From the NCBI GenBank assembly GCA_036676985.1, contig JAKFBU010000038.1, forward strand, positions 64,001 through 128,000: a stretch of DNA of 64,000 nt, given 5' to 3'. Each line of letters begins with the position of its first letter. The stretch's first letter is position 1. Below are positions 11,916 to 20,871 of the stretch, in pieces. A program made the translations under genes and the position numbers. Under the pieces are notes generated by a model, which saw nothing but the letters and a program-made list of their open reading frames with translations, did no database searches and was not told the origin of the DNA. Origin of the DNA: Candidatus Sericytochromatia bacterium. Lineage in GTDB: Bacteria; Cyanobacteriota; Sericytochromatia; S15B-MN24; UBA4093.

Positions 11916-12659
11916 CTACCTCGAGACGGATCGGGCGGGATCCGCGGCGAACCGGACCCCGGCCTGCACGAAGGCCGCGAAGAGGGCCGCGGTGAAGGGG
12001 CCGGGCTGGAGCTCCGGGTGCCACTGGACGCCGACCATCCAGCCCTGAGAGCCCTCGAGAGCCTCGATGACCCCGTCGTCCGCCCAGGCCGTCGCCTTCA
12101 GGCCGGGGGCCAGGTCCTTGACCGCCTGGTGGTGGAAGGTGTTCACCCGCAGGTCCGTCGCGCCGGCAAGCTTGGCGATCAGGCTGTCCGGGGCCATCTT
12201 GACGTCATGGATCGACACGTGGACCGGCTCGTCCTGGACATGGCCCAGGGCCCCCTCGTGCTGGGCCGGGAGATCCTGGTAGAGCGTGCCGCCGAGGGAG
12301 ACGTTGAGCAGCTGGATCCCGCGGCAGATGGCGAGGATCGGCATGCGACGCTCGACCGCGGCCTTGGCGAGCGGGAGCTCCTGGGTGTCGCGACCGGCAT
12401 CGACCGTCCCGAGCTCCGGGATCGCCGCTTCCCCGTAGTAGCGGGGATCCACGTCCTCGCCTCCGCTCAAGAGCAGGCCGTCGAGCCCGTCCAGGACCTC
12501 CGGCTCCACGGCGCCGGGCGGCAGGAGCAGCGGAACGCCGCCCGCCTCGCGGACGCGATCGGCGTACTCGGCGGAGAGGAAGTAGATGGGGCGGCCCCGC
12601 TTGATCTCGGGCGTGCCCGCGTGGCGCTGGGTGGTGATGCCGATCCGGGGTCGCTTCAC
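11916..12659 (-). CDS. Gamma-glutamyl-gamma-aminobutyrate hydrolase family (peptidase C26, PuuD-like)
   Basis: RPRIGIT, GLLLSGGEDVDP, ICRGIQ (catalytic Cys), VNTFHHQAV, GVQWHPE. GTGA overlap with the surE stop. Confidence 0.9.
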   Translation of the reverse strand: MKRPRIGITTQRHAGTPEIKRGRPIYFLSAEYADRVREAGGVPLLLPPGAVEPEVLDGLDGLLLSGGEDVDPRYYGEAAIPELGTVDAGRDTQELPLAKAAVERRMPILAICRGIQLLNVSLGGTLYQDLPAQHEGALGHVQDEPVHVSIHDVKMAPDSLIAKLAGATDLRVNTFHHQAVKDLAPGLKATAWADDGVIEALEGSQGWMVGVQWHPELQPGPFTAALFAAFVQAGVRFAADPARSVSR

Positions 12660-13453
12660 TTCGATTCCTGACTGACCGAGAGCCCCGACAGGGTGGTGGG
12701 GATGTGCCAGCCCTTGAGATCGTCGACCATGGGGCGGTAGGTCATGTCGTAGTGGATGGGCGTCACCGAGATGCAGTTCTCCCGGATGGCCGTGACGTCC
12801 GTGTCGTGGGCCTCCTCGACCTCGACCACCTCGCCCGCGAGCCAGTAGTAGGTGCGCCCGCGCGGATCGGTGCGGGCCTCGAAGATGTCCGTGTACTTGC
12901 GCTCGCCGAGGCGCGTGACGCGGACCTCCTGGGGCGCCTGCTCGGCGATGGCCGGGAAGTTGACGTTGAGGAGCACCTTGGGCGGCAAGCTGCGGTTCTC
13001 GAGCATGCGGGCCATCACCAGGGCGAACTGGGCGGCCTGCTCGTAGCCCACGTCCGAGAAGGTCGCGAGGCTGAAGGCCACCGACTTGATGCCGAGGATG
13101 GTCCCCTCGAGCGCGGCCGAGACGGTGCCCGAGTAGATGACGTCGGTGCCGAGGTTGGGACCGCGGTTGATGCCGGAGAACACCAGGTCGGGGGGGGCCT
13201 CCAGCAGCGTGCCGACGGAGAGCTTGACGCAGTCGGAGGGCGTGCCGTTGAGGGCATAGGCGGCCTTGACGTTGCCGCCGAGGGCCACCTTCTCGACGCG
13301 GAGGGGCTTGTGCAGGGTCAGGGCGTGACCGGTGGCCGAGCGCTCCCTGTCGGGGGCGACCACCGTCACCTCGTGCTCGGTGGCTAGGGCAAGGGCCAGG
13401 GCCTGGATTCCGGGCGCGAGGATCCCGTCGTCGTTGGAGACTAGAATGCGCAT
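12656..13453 (-). CDS. surE: 5'/3'-nucleotidase SurE
   Basis: RILVSNDDG, GTPSDCV, SGINRGPNLG, YSGTV. Confidence 0.95.
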   Translation of the reverse strand: MRILVSNDDGILAPGIQALALALATEHEVTVVAPDRERSATGHALTLHKPLRVEKVALGGNVKAAYALNGTPSDCVKLSVGTLLEAPPDLVFSGINRGPNLGTDVIYSGTVSAALEGTILGIKSVAFSLATFSDVGYEQAAQFALVMARMLENRSLPPKVLLNVNFPAIAEQAPQEVRVTRLGERKYTDIFEARTDPRGRTYYWLAGEVVEVEEAHDTDVTAIRENCISVTPIHYDMTYRPMVDDLKGWHIPTTLSGLSVSQESK

Positions 13454-13704
13454 GAGTGGTGGGACCGTCCTTCGAGTGGCAGGGCGACGGGCGCGACGTG
13501 GCGCTCATTACCAAGATAACGGCCCGCCCCGATGATTGCAAGCCACCCGGTCCCGGCAGGGCATGGGGTCGTCGGGGCCCGCGCAGAGCGGAACAAACGA
13601 ACTCTTAACGAACATTTGATGCCCCGCCAATGCGGCTTAAGAAACTTGGCGGGACGTTTTGCACATAGTTAACATACGACCCTTACCCACTGGAGGAGGA
13701 CCTC

Positions 13705-14976
13705 ATGAGCGGACCCGTCGACACTCGGAACGTTGGGGCTACCCAGCAAGCCCAGCAGGCCGAAGCGGCCCGGCGTCGCCAGCAAGCCGAGGAGGCTCGC
13801 CGGCGCCAGGAGCAGCAGGCGAAGGCGAGCCAGACCAAACAGGCGGGTGATGCCAGCAACGTCACCAAGCCCGGCCGCACGTCCTCCTTGAGCCTCGACA
13901 GCAAGCCCGACAGCAGCGCCCAGAAGTTCATCGACGAGGCCCTCAAGTTCCGCGGCCAGCCCTACCTGTGGGGTGGCGGCCACTCCGGGAAGATGGCCAA
14001 CATCGGTCCGGTCGACTGCTCGGGCCTGGTCAGCCAGGCGGCCATGCGGGCGGGCATCAAGGGCGTCAACGGGACGACCGACACCTTCTACGCCATGAGC
14101 CCCAAGGTCGACAAGAACAACCTCAAGCCGGGCGATCTCATCCTGTTCGACACGGCGGGTCCCGGGTCCCACAGCCACGTGGGTATCTACCTCGGCGACA
14201 ACAAGTTCCTGCATGCTCCCCGGACCGGAGACGTGGTCAAGGTCTCGGAGTTCGACAGCTACTGGCAGGGCAAGTTCGCCGGCGGCCGCCGCATCGCCGA
14301 GGGCGACGTCTCCCTCGACTTCTCGAGCTTGCCGCCCGCCTCCAAGGGTGGCCCCGGCATGCCGGCCGTCGGCTCGTCTGGCCGCCTGCCGACCACCGGT
14401 CAGACGGATCCGTCCTTCGCGGCCAATCCCCCCATGGGCGGCAAAGGCAACATCGACACGGACGGCATCTCCAACAAGACCTACCAGGCCGGCCCCATCT
14501 CGGGCGCGGATCCGAGCTTCAACCGCGACTACCTGTACCAGGTGCTCTCGGCACTGGGCATCGACCAGAGCTGGATGAAGGAGATGGCCGAAAAGTACGG
14601 CGTGCCCCTCGAGGTCATCGAGCGGATGATCTGGCAGGAGTCCATGAAGGCCGCCAAGGCCAAGGCGGGCCCCAACGCGAGCCCCGAGGAGGTCGCCAAG
14701 ATCGCCAAGGAGATCGGCTCGCCTGCCGGCGCCCGCGGTCTCTTGCAGCTGATGCCCGACACGGCGCGCGGCCTCGGCGTGGGCGACGTGACGGATCCCA
14801 AGCAGAACCTCGAGGCGGGCTTCAAGTACCTGAAGCAGAACCTCGACACGTTCGACGGCGACGTCACCAAGGCGGTGGCTGCCTACAACGCGGGCCCCGG
14901 CAACGTCCAGAAGTACGGCGGCGTGCCCCCCTTCGCCGAGACCCAGGGCTACATCAAGAACATCCTCGGTCAGTAA
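13705..14976 (+). CDS. Bifunctional peptidoglycan hydrolase: NlpC/P60 endopeptidase + lytic transglycosylase (SLT)
   Basis: GQPYLWGG, DCSGLV, PGDLILF, HVGIY, LHA; C-terminal QES, GLLQLMP, AAYNAG, PPFAETQGY. Strong GGAGGAGG RBS. Confidence 0.9.
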   Translation: MSGPVDTRNVGATQQAQQAEAARRRQQAEEARRRQEQQAKASQTKQAGDASNVTKPGRTSSLSLDSKPDSSAQKFIDEALKFRGQPYLWGGGHSGKMANIGPVDCSGLVSQAAMRAGIKGVNGTTDTFYAMSPKVDKNNLKPGDLILFDTAGPGSHSHVGIYLGDNKFLHAPRTGDVVKVSEFDSYWQGKFAGGRRIAEGDVSLDFSSLPPASKGGPGMPAVGSSGRLPTTGQTDPSFAANPPMGGKGNIDTDGISNKTYQAGPISGADPSFNRDYLYQVLSALGIDQSWMKEMAEKYGVPLEVIERMIWQESMKAAKAKAGPNASPEEVAKIAKEIGSPAGARGLLQLMPDTARGLGVGDVTDPKQNLEAGFKYLKQNLDTFDGDVTKAVAAYNAGPGNVQKYGGVPPFAETQGYIKNILGQ

Positions 14977-14982
14977 GACCTG

Positions 14983-15015
14983 CGGCCCCCGCCCCGGCGG
15001 GGGTCGTTCCTTTTC
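14983..15015 (+). terminator. Probable terminator between the two hydrolase genes
   Basis: GC-rich hairpin (cggcccccgc / gcgggggtcg) followed by ttccttttc. Confidence 0.5.
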
Positions 15016-15078
15016 GGGGGGCCGCGGGCATAATGCCCCTGGACCCTCGTTTGCCCACGGGCCAGATCGGAGACCGTC

Positions 15079-16656
15079 ATGAGCACCGGCCGCGTCGACC
15101 AGACCACCCGCTCCGCCCCCGTTCGTCGGGCGGCCGAGACGCGTCCCCTGGACGAGCCGTCCAAGCAGCCGCAGCGCACGGCCCAGACCGATCGCCTGAA
15201 CTTGCAAGGTCAGACGTCGGGGGCCGCCAGCCTCTCGGACGTGGTGGCCTCCGCCAAGGCCGAGAGCCGCAAGCAGATCGGCAACGCCGTCGTGGACGGA
15301 GCGCGTACCTTGCACACGCGCGGCTACGTGTACCCGCCCGATCTCGGTGCCAACTACTACCACAAGTACAACGACAGCGGTCGCAGCGTGGGCTGCTGCG
15401 CGGACTTCGTCGCCGACTCCTACAAGGAGATGAGCAAGACCCTCGGCAAGCCGGAGTATGACATCGGCGCGCGTATGCAGGCCCAGGGCTACAATCCCCA
15501 CTACTGTCCCTCGATGATCCAGTTCTTCCAGAAGCAGGAGACCCTCCTGCCGTCGCCCAAGGATGGCGGCAAGGCGCACGTGGGCGACGTGGTCTTCTTC
15601 GACTGGGACGGCAACGGCAAGGCCGACCCGGACCACGTGGCTGTCGTGACCAAGGTCGATGACAAGGGCAACCCCGTCGAGCTGATGGAGTCGCGCCACT
15701 TCAACTCGCCCACAGAGGTCACGACCATGACCCCGGGCGATCGCCGCTGGAACAGCATCGTCGCCATCGGCCGCCTCAAGGACGCCACGAGCGACGACGA
15801 GGCCGCCAACGCCCTGCCTCCGCTCGGAGCCTCCTCGGCGCCGGGGGATGCGACCTCGCGCGGCTCGGCCAACCACGCGGTGGGCGGCGGAGCGTCCGGC
15901 AACGGCGGTTCGGTGGCGCGCACCGAGCCCTCGGAGGTTCGGTCCAGCCAGGGCACGCCGACCAACTACCAGCCGTTCCGAAAGAACGAGTTCCTGCAGA
16001 ACCTGGCGGCCTCCTACGGCCTGGCGTTCGATATCATGAAGCAGCTCGCGGACGCCCTGGCCTCGGACGGCGACATGACCGTCGATCAGCTGGCGCAGCT
16101 CGCGCAGAAGAAGGGCGTTCCCCCTGAAAAGGCCAAGGAGCTCGCCAAGAAGCTCATGGAGAAGAAGGCCGAGCTCAAGAAGGTCAACGCCTCCAGCGCG
16201 GAGCTCGCGAAGCTCATGGGCAAGCTCACGCCCGAGAAGATCGAGAAGATCCTCGCCGATCGAGGGTCGCCGCTTGCCGGCAAGAACATGGGCGAGTTCA
16301 TCGTCCAGATGGAGGAGAAGTACGGGGTGCCGGCCGCGCAGTTCCTCGCGCAGGCGACCATGGAGTCGGGGCTCGGCAAGACGGGCTACACCCAGGGCGA
16401 CCACCACAACATCGGCAACCTCCGGCCCGGCTCGAGCTGGGAAGGCCCCACGGTGTCGGGCGGCAGCGGCACGTTCCGCAGCTACGGATCCTGGGAAGAG
16501 GGCATCGAGGACTACTTCAAGCTCCTCGGTGGGCCCCTGTACCAGGGCAAGTCGCTGCAGGACCAGATCTATACCTACGCGCCGCCGTCGGAGAACGATT
16601 CGAGCCATTACTACGATACGGTGGTGAGCCTTATCAACAACTGGACGAAAGAGTAG
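15079..16656 (+). CDS. Bifunctional peptidoglycan hydrolase: CHAP-like amidase + glucosaminidase (GH73-like)
   Basis: CCADFV, GDVVFFDWDG..DHVAVV, ELMES; C-terminal EKYGVP...AQATMESGLG, HNIGN, FRSYGSWEEGI, YAPPSEND. Confidence 0.8.
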   Translation: MSTGRVDQTTRSAPVRRAAETRPLDEPSKQPQRTAQTDRLNLQGQTSGAASLSDVVASAKAESRKQIGNAVVDGARTLHTRGYVYPPDLGANYYHKYNDSGRSVGCCADFVADSYKEMSKTLGKPEYDIGARMQAQGYNPHYCPSMIQFFQKQETLLPSPKDGGKAHVGDVVFFDWDGNGKADPDHVAVVTKVDDKGNPVELMESRHFNSPTEVTTMTPGDRRWNSIVAIGRLKDATSDDEAANALPPLGASSAPGDATSRGSANHAVGGGASGNGGSVARTEPSEVRSSQGTPTNYQPFRKNEFLQNLAASYGLAFDIMKQLADALASDGDMTVDQLAQLAQKKGVPPEKAKELAKKLMEKKAELKKVNASSAELAKLMGKLTPEKIEKILADRGSPLAGKNMGEFIVQMEEKYGVPAAQFLAQATMESGLGKTGYTQGDHHNIGNLRPGSSWEGPTVSGGSGTFRSYGSWEEGIEDYFKLLGGPLYQGKSLQDQIYTYAPPSENDSSHYYDTVVSLINNWTKE

Positions 16657-16682
16657 CCGTTACCCGGTTACCCCCCCCCTTC

Positions 16683-16713
16683 CCCCCCTGCCTTCGGCAA
16701 GGGGGGCTTTTTA
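16683..16713 (+). terminator. Intrinsic terminator of the hydrolase gene
   Basis: C-tract/tgcc-ttcg-gca/G-tract hairpin followed by a T-run. Confidence 0.65.
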
Positions 16714-16717
16714 TGAA

Positions 16718-16750
16718 GAAGCGCCCCCGCTGAAACCAGCGGGGGCGCTT
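16718..16750 (-). terminator. Intrinsic terminator of the ligase operon
   Basis: Stem aagcgcccccgctg-aaac-cagcgggggcgctt; the minus strand continues cttc. Confidence 0.65.
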
Positions 16751-16763
16751 GCAGCTTGCAAGC

Positions 16764-17849
16764 TTACTTCTTGGACTTCGAAGCGGGCTTCTTGGCGGGA
16801 GCCGCGGCGGCGAGCTCCTTCTCGGCCTTGGGAGCCGCGGTCTTCTCGACCTTCTCGACCTTGGCCTTGGCCTCGGCGCCGACGGCGGGCACCGGGGTGT
16901 AGAGGCCGCGGTACATCTTCATGAACGGGTAGTGCTCGGCGAAGACGCGCTCTTCCTTGCAGACCTGGATCACGAAGTCCGACATGGCGTTGACCACCCA
17001 GTCGAAGTAGTGGGGCAGGATCGACCAGTAGTCCATGTCCGGAGCCGGGTTCATGAAGTCGATGGCGTAGGGGATGCCATCCTTGATCGCGAACTCGACC
17101 GAGTTCATGTCGTAGCCGAGGGCGTGGTTGATCACGCGGGCATCGCGGATGATGCGAGCCCCCATCTCGGGCGACAGGTGGTTGTGGTCCTCGACGTAGC
17201 AGCGGCGCTTCGGATCGTAGTGGATCGGCATGATGTTGTCCTTGCCGACGCACAGGCAGCGCACGTAGTGGTCGAAGTCGATGAACTCCTGCAGCACCAT
17301 GATGAGACGACCGGTCTGGTGGTAGTAGTGGAAGAACTCCTCGGCGTTGTTGACCTTGTAGACGTGCTTCCAGCCGCCACCATCGTAGGGCTTGAGGAAC
17401 GCGGGGAACTTGATGTAGTCGAAGATCTCGTTCCAGTCCGTGAGGCACAGGTTACGGTGCGACTCGGGACGGGTCGTGGGGTTCATCTGCACGGGGGGCA
17501 GGACGACGGTCTTGGGAACGGCGACGCCCAGCTTCTCGACCAGCGAGTTGTCGAAGAACTTGTCGTCCGCGATCCACCAGAACGGGTCGTTGATGACGTA
17601 GGTGCCCTGGAGGACGGCGTTCTTGAGGTAGGGCTTGTAGATTTCGATCTCGTGCGAGATGCGATCGACGAGCACGTCGTAGGGCACGGCCTCACCCATC
17701 TTGGGGGCATGCACCTTGGCGAACTCGGCGACGATCTTGCCCTCGCCCTTCTCGTTCACGGCCTTGATGAAAGCCTGGGGGAACGTGTCCTCCCAGCCCA
17801 CCAGGATACCGACCCGCTTGGGATCGTTCGGATTCTTCTTCGTGGTCAT
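16764..17849 (-). CDS. RimK/GshB-like ATP-grasp ligase with Lys/Ala-rich tail
   Basis: DDKF, VPKTVVLP, KPYDGGGWKHVYK, LQEFIDF, VEFA, IDFMNPAPD. Confidence 0.82.
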   Translation of the reverse strand: MTTKKNPNDPKRVGILVGWEDTFPQAFIKAVNEKGEGKIVAEFAKVHAPKMGEAVPYDVLVDRISHEIEIYKPYLKNAVLQGTYVINDPFWWIADDKFFDNSLVEKLGVAVPKTVVLPPVQMNPTTRPESHRNLCLTDWNEIFDYIKFPAFLKPYDGGGWKHVYKVNNAEEFFHYYHQTGRLIMVLQEFIDFDHYVRCLCVGKDNIMPIHYDPKRRCYVEDHNHLSPEMGARIIRDARVINHALGYDMNSVEFAIKDGIPYAIDFMNPAPDMDYWSILPHYFDWVVNAMSDFVIQVCKEERVFAEHYPFMKMYRGLYTPVPAVGAEAKAKVEKVEKTAAPKAEKELAAAAPAKKPASKSKK

Positions 17850-17876
17850 CTAAATCTTCCTCTCGGTAGAAGTGGG

Positions 17877-18599
17877 TTACAAGTAGACGTGCGCCATTTC
17901 GCGCCAAGTGGGCCAGTCATGCTTGTGATGGCCGTGTTCCCAGACAACGTAGTTGGGTTGGACGCCCTTGCGTCCGAGGGCCTGCGCCATCTCGTAGGTC
18001 GCATGCCCCAGTCCCGGGACCTCCCCGTGCTTGGTGGTCGTCAGGACGATGCGCTGGCGCCGGATGGCGTCCAGGTGCCGGCTCGGGCCCATGTGGTGCA
18101 TGAACGCGAGCGGGCTGTTGAAGTAGCAGTTGTCGTCCCAGTGGCCCCGGACGAAGTCGTCGATGCGGTAGTTGCCCGAGAAGGCGAGGATCCGCGTGAT
18201 GACGTCGGGGTGCCGCAGGCCGAAGTTCATGGCGTGGTAGGCGCCGAACGAGCAGCCGAACGTGGAGATGAAGCGGTTGGGGTTCTTCCAGTGGATGAAC
18301 GGCACCACCTCGTGGCGGACGTAGGAGTCGTACTGGTTGTGGTAGTACGACCGGAAGCCCGGATGGGCCCGGTAGTTGTACCAGGACTGCCGGTCGACGG
18401 AGTCGACGCAGATGAGCTGGACATGACCCCGGTTGATCTTGTCGGAGAGGGCGCCCACGATGCCGAAGTCGTAGGCCTCGTGCTGCCGACCGCCGGAGGT
18501 CGGGAAGATCAGGACGGGGGCGCCGGCATGGCCGTGGATTTGCAGGGACATCTCGCGTCCGAGACGGGGGCTGAACCAGCGGTGGTGCTCGTAATGCAT
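17877..18599 (-). CDS. Alpha/beta-hydrolase esterase family protein
   Basis: GHAGAPVLIFPTS, nucleophile elbow GCSFG, C-terminal HDWPTW. Confidence 0.85.
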   Translation of the reverse strand: MHYEHHRWFSPRLGREMSLQIHGHAGAPVLIFPTSGGRQHEAYDFGIVGALSDKINRGHVQLICVDSVDRQSWYNYRAHPGFRSYYHNQYDSYVRHEVVPFIHWKNPNRFISTFGCSFGAYHAMNFGLRHPDVITRILAFSGNYRIDDFVRGHWDDNCYFNSPLAFMHHMGPSRHLDAIRRQRIVLTTTKHGEVPGLGHATYEMAQALGRKGVQPNYVVWEHGHHKHDWPTWREMAHVYL

Positions 18600-18617
18600 G
18601 GGGTCCGGGGGGCTCTC

Positions 18618-19664
18618 CTAGCAGTCAGGGTTGAGGTTGACGAAGCGGCCGTGCAGCATGATCGCCTGCCCGTCCGCCCAGATGGAGCACTCGCGAGCCA
18701 ACAGGTCGATGTGGGCCCGGCAGGTCCAGTTGGCGCCCGTCAGACAGCCGCACGGCTCTCCAAAGGCGATGTGGAAGCCCGGGATCTTCTCGTCCTGCAA
18801 GAGGTTGCCCGTGAACTCCTGGACGCCCAGGTTGGTGCCCACGGCGATCTCGCCGATACGGTTGGCGTTCTCGGTCGAATGGGTGTAGGCCCAGAACTCC
18901 TTGGCGATCTCGTCGTTGGGGCAGGTGACGCCCTTGAGGTAGTTGTTCTCGATCTCCACCGAGACCGGCGAGTCCTTGAGGTCGCCGTACTTCTGGCTGA
19001 AGTAGTCGCCGATGGGGCCGTCCGCCACCCAGATGCCGCTGATGCGCTTGGGGGTGGTGAAGATCTCGCCGCCGGGCAGGTTGCCCCACGCGTCGCGCGA
19101 GATCATGCCCGAGGTCTTGATCCACTTGAACTGCTTGGGGTCGTGCTCGATCTCGATGTCCGTGCCCGCGGGCGTCGTCACGTGGATGCGCCGGGCATTC
19201 TGGAGCACCCGGCGCAGGCCGAGGCTCATGCGGTTGATGGCGTCGAAGTCGGCGCGCATTCCCGTTTGCATGATCTCGCCCGTGATGCCCACCATGTGGC
19301 CGTAGCGGACCTTCTTGACGGTGGCGAGGTTGATGACCTGCGCCCGCGAGGGGACCTCGCCCGGCCGCGGGTTGACGGTGTAGAGGGTCGCCGCGGAGTC
19401 GGCGACGGCCTTGAGGATCTCGTAGGGCATGTCGAGGATGGGCCGCGGGCCGAAGTCCTCGACCACGAAGCCGTCCGCGATCCCGTCGGCCTTCTCGATC
19501 TCGTGCACCAGGGCCGCCCCGATCTGGATCGAGTCGAGGTCGGCGATGACGACGACCTTCTCGTTGGGGCGCACCCGGAGGCACTGGTGGACGGCGTTCC
19601 AGGCGCCCGGGAGGTACTCGGGCGGGAACGGGATGCTGCGTAGGTCGGTTCGTTGATTAAACAC
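18618..19664 (-). CDS. Aminopeptidase (M29/AmpS-like thermophilic metalloprotease)
   Basis: TPAGTD, NLPGGEIFTTP, GEIAVGTN, QDEKIPGFHIAFG, HID. GTG start overlaps the upstream stop. Confidence 0.82.
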   Translation of the reverse strand: MFNQRTDLRSIPFPPEYLPGAWNAVHQCLRVRPNEKVVVIADLDSIQIGAALVHEIEKADGIADGFVVEDFGPRPILDMPYEILKAVADSAATLYTVNPRPGEVPSRAQVINLATVKKVRYGHMVGITGEIMQTGMRADFDAINRMSLGLRRVLQNARRIHVTTPAGTDIEIEHDPKQFKWIKTSGMISRDAWGNLPGGEIFTTPKRISGIWVADGPIGDYFSQKYGDLKDSPVSVEIENNYLKGVTCPNDEIAKEFWAYTHSTENANRIGEIAVGTNLGVQEFTGNLLQDEKIPGFHIAFGEPCGCLTGANWTCRAHIDLLARECSIWADGQAIMLHGRFVNLNPDC

Positions 19665-20871
19665 CAGTGGGTCCTTGCAGGAGGTCGGCGGTCTGCGCCT
19701 TCACGCGCTTCTGGAGCGAGGTCGTGAGGGCGGTGCCCTGACCGATCAGCTCATCGGCCATGCTGAGGTCGATGCCCGTGAGCGTGCGATCGCAGATGTC
19801 GTCCACGACGGCCTTGAGGTCGCCGGTCTCCTTGAAGACCTCGAGCTGCCGATCGGCGTCGGTGCCCCGGTCGAGGAGGGTGTGGACGTGGCTGAGGGCC
19901 TCGCGGCTGCCCAGGGCGTCCACCACGTCGTCCACGAACTCGAGCAGCTCGATGATGAGGGCCTTGGTGTGCTTCTCTTCCTTGGCACCGAAGTCGATGA
20001 GCTTGCCGTCGAGGCCGTAGCGGTATGCGCGCCACTTGTTCTCGTCGATGAGCGCCGTCGGGTAGACGCGCCAGGACATGTTCTGCTGACGCAGGACGTA
20101 GAGTTTGGCGACGATGGCCTGGATGAGGGCCGCCAGCGCGATCGACGTCCGGTAGTCGGTGGGCAGGTCGCAGACGCGGAACTCGATGGTGTTGTAGACC
20201 GGGTGCGGACGCAGGTCCCACCAGATCTTCTTGCCGTTGTCGATGCAGTTGGTGCGGATCAGGGTCTGCACGTAGGAGTCGAACTCGGCGTAGGAGTTGA
20301 AGACGCCCGGGATGCCCGTGCGCGGGAAGTTCTTGAAGACGCTCGAGCGGTGGGACTTGAGGCCGGTGGGGCGACCCATCCAGAAGGGCGAGCTGCAGCT
20401 GATGGCCAGCAGGTGCGGCAGGAAGTACCGCGCCTGGTTGATGAGGTCGATGGCCAGATCCTGGTCCTCGATGCCCACGTGCACGTGCATGCCGAAGATC
20501 AGGTTGGCGCGGGCCACGTCCTGCAGGTCGTCGACCAGGACCTTGTAGCGGTCCTTGTCCGTGATGTCCTGATGGCGCCAGTCGCTGATGGGGTGGGTGC
20601 CGCTGGCCATGATGCGCAGGTTGTGCTTCTCGGCCAGGCGGGCGATCGCCGCGCGCAGCTGCATGACGTCGCGGGCCGCCTCGGTCACGTTCTTGCAGAT
20701 GTCCGTGCCCACCTCGACGATGGACTGGTGCATCTCCGGCTTGACCCGCTCGCCGAGGATCATGCCGCCCTCTTCGAGCATCACCGAGATGTGGCTGCGC
20801 AGCTCCCGGGTCTCGGGATCGATGATCTGGTACTCTTCCTCGATCCCGATGGTGAACTTGTTCTCAAGCAT
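19657..20871 (-). CDS. Carboxylate-amine ligase, YbdK/GCS2 (glutamate--cysteine ligase 2) family
   Basis: FTIGIEEEYQIID, FGMHVHVG, SSPFW, FPRTGIP, WWDLRPHP, EFRVCD, ENKWRAYRYG. Confidence 0.93.
   Translation of the reverse strand: MLENKFTIGIEEEYQIIDPETRELRSHISVMLEEGGMILGERVKPEMHQSIVEVGTDICKNVTEAARDVMQLRAAIARLAEKHNLRIMASGTHPISDWRHQDITDKDRYKVLVDDLQDVARANLIFGMHVHVGIEDQDLAIDLINQARYFLPHLLAISCSSPFWMGRPTGLKSHRSSVFKNFPRTGIPGVFNSYAEFDSYVQTLIRTNCIDNGKKIWWDLRPHPVYNTIEFRVCDLPTDYRTSIALAALIQAIVAKLYVLRQQNMSWRVYPTALIDENKWRAYRYGLDGKLIDFGAKEEKHTKALIIELLEFVDDVVDALGSREALSHVHTLLDRGTDADRQLEVFKETGDLKAVVDDICDRTLTGIDLSMADELIGQGTALTTSLQKRVKAQTADLLQGPTGV

Noticed and set aside
13646-13663. Sigma54-like TGGC...TTGC upstream of the NlpC/SLT gene
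   Set aside because: The GG-to-GC spacing is 11 nt rather than the required 10.
13705-16656. Prophage lysis cassette
   Set aside because: No holin, structural or integrase genes, and codon usage is host-like.
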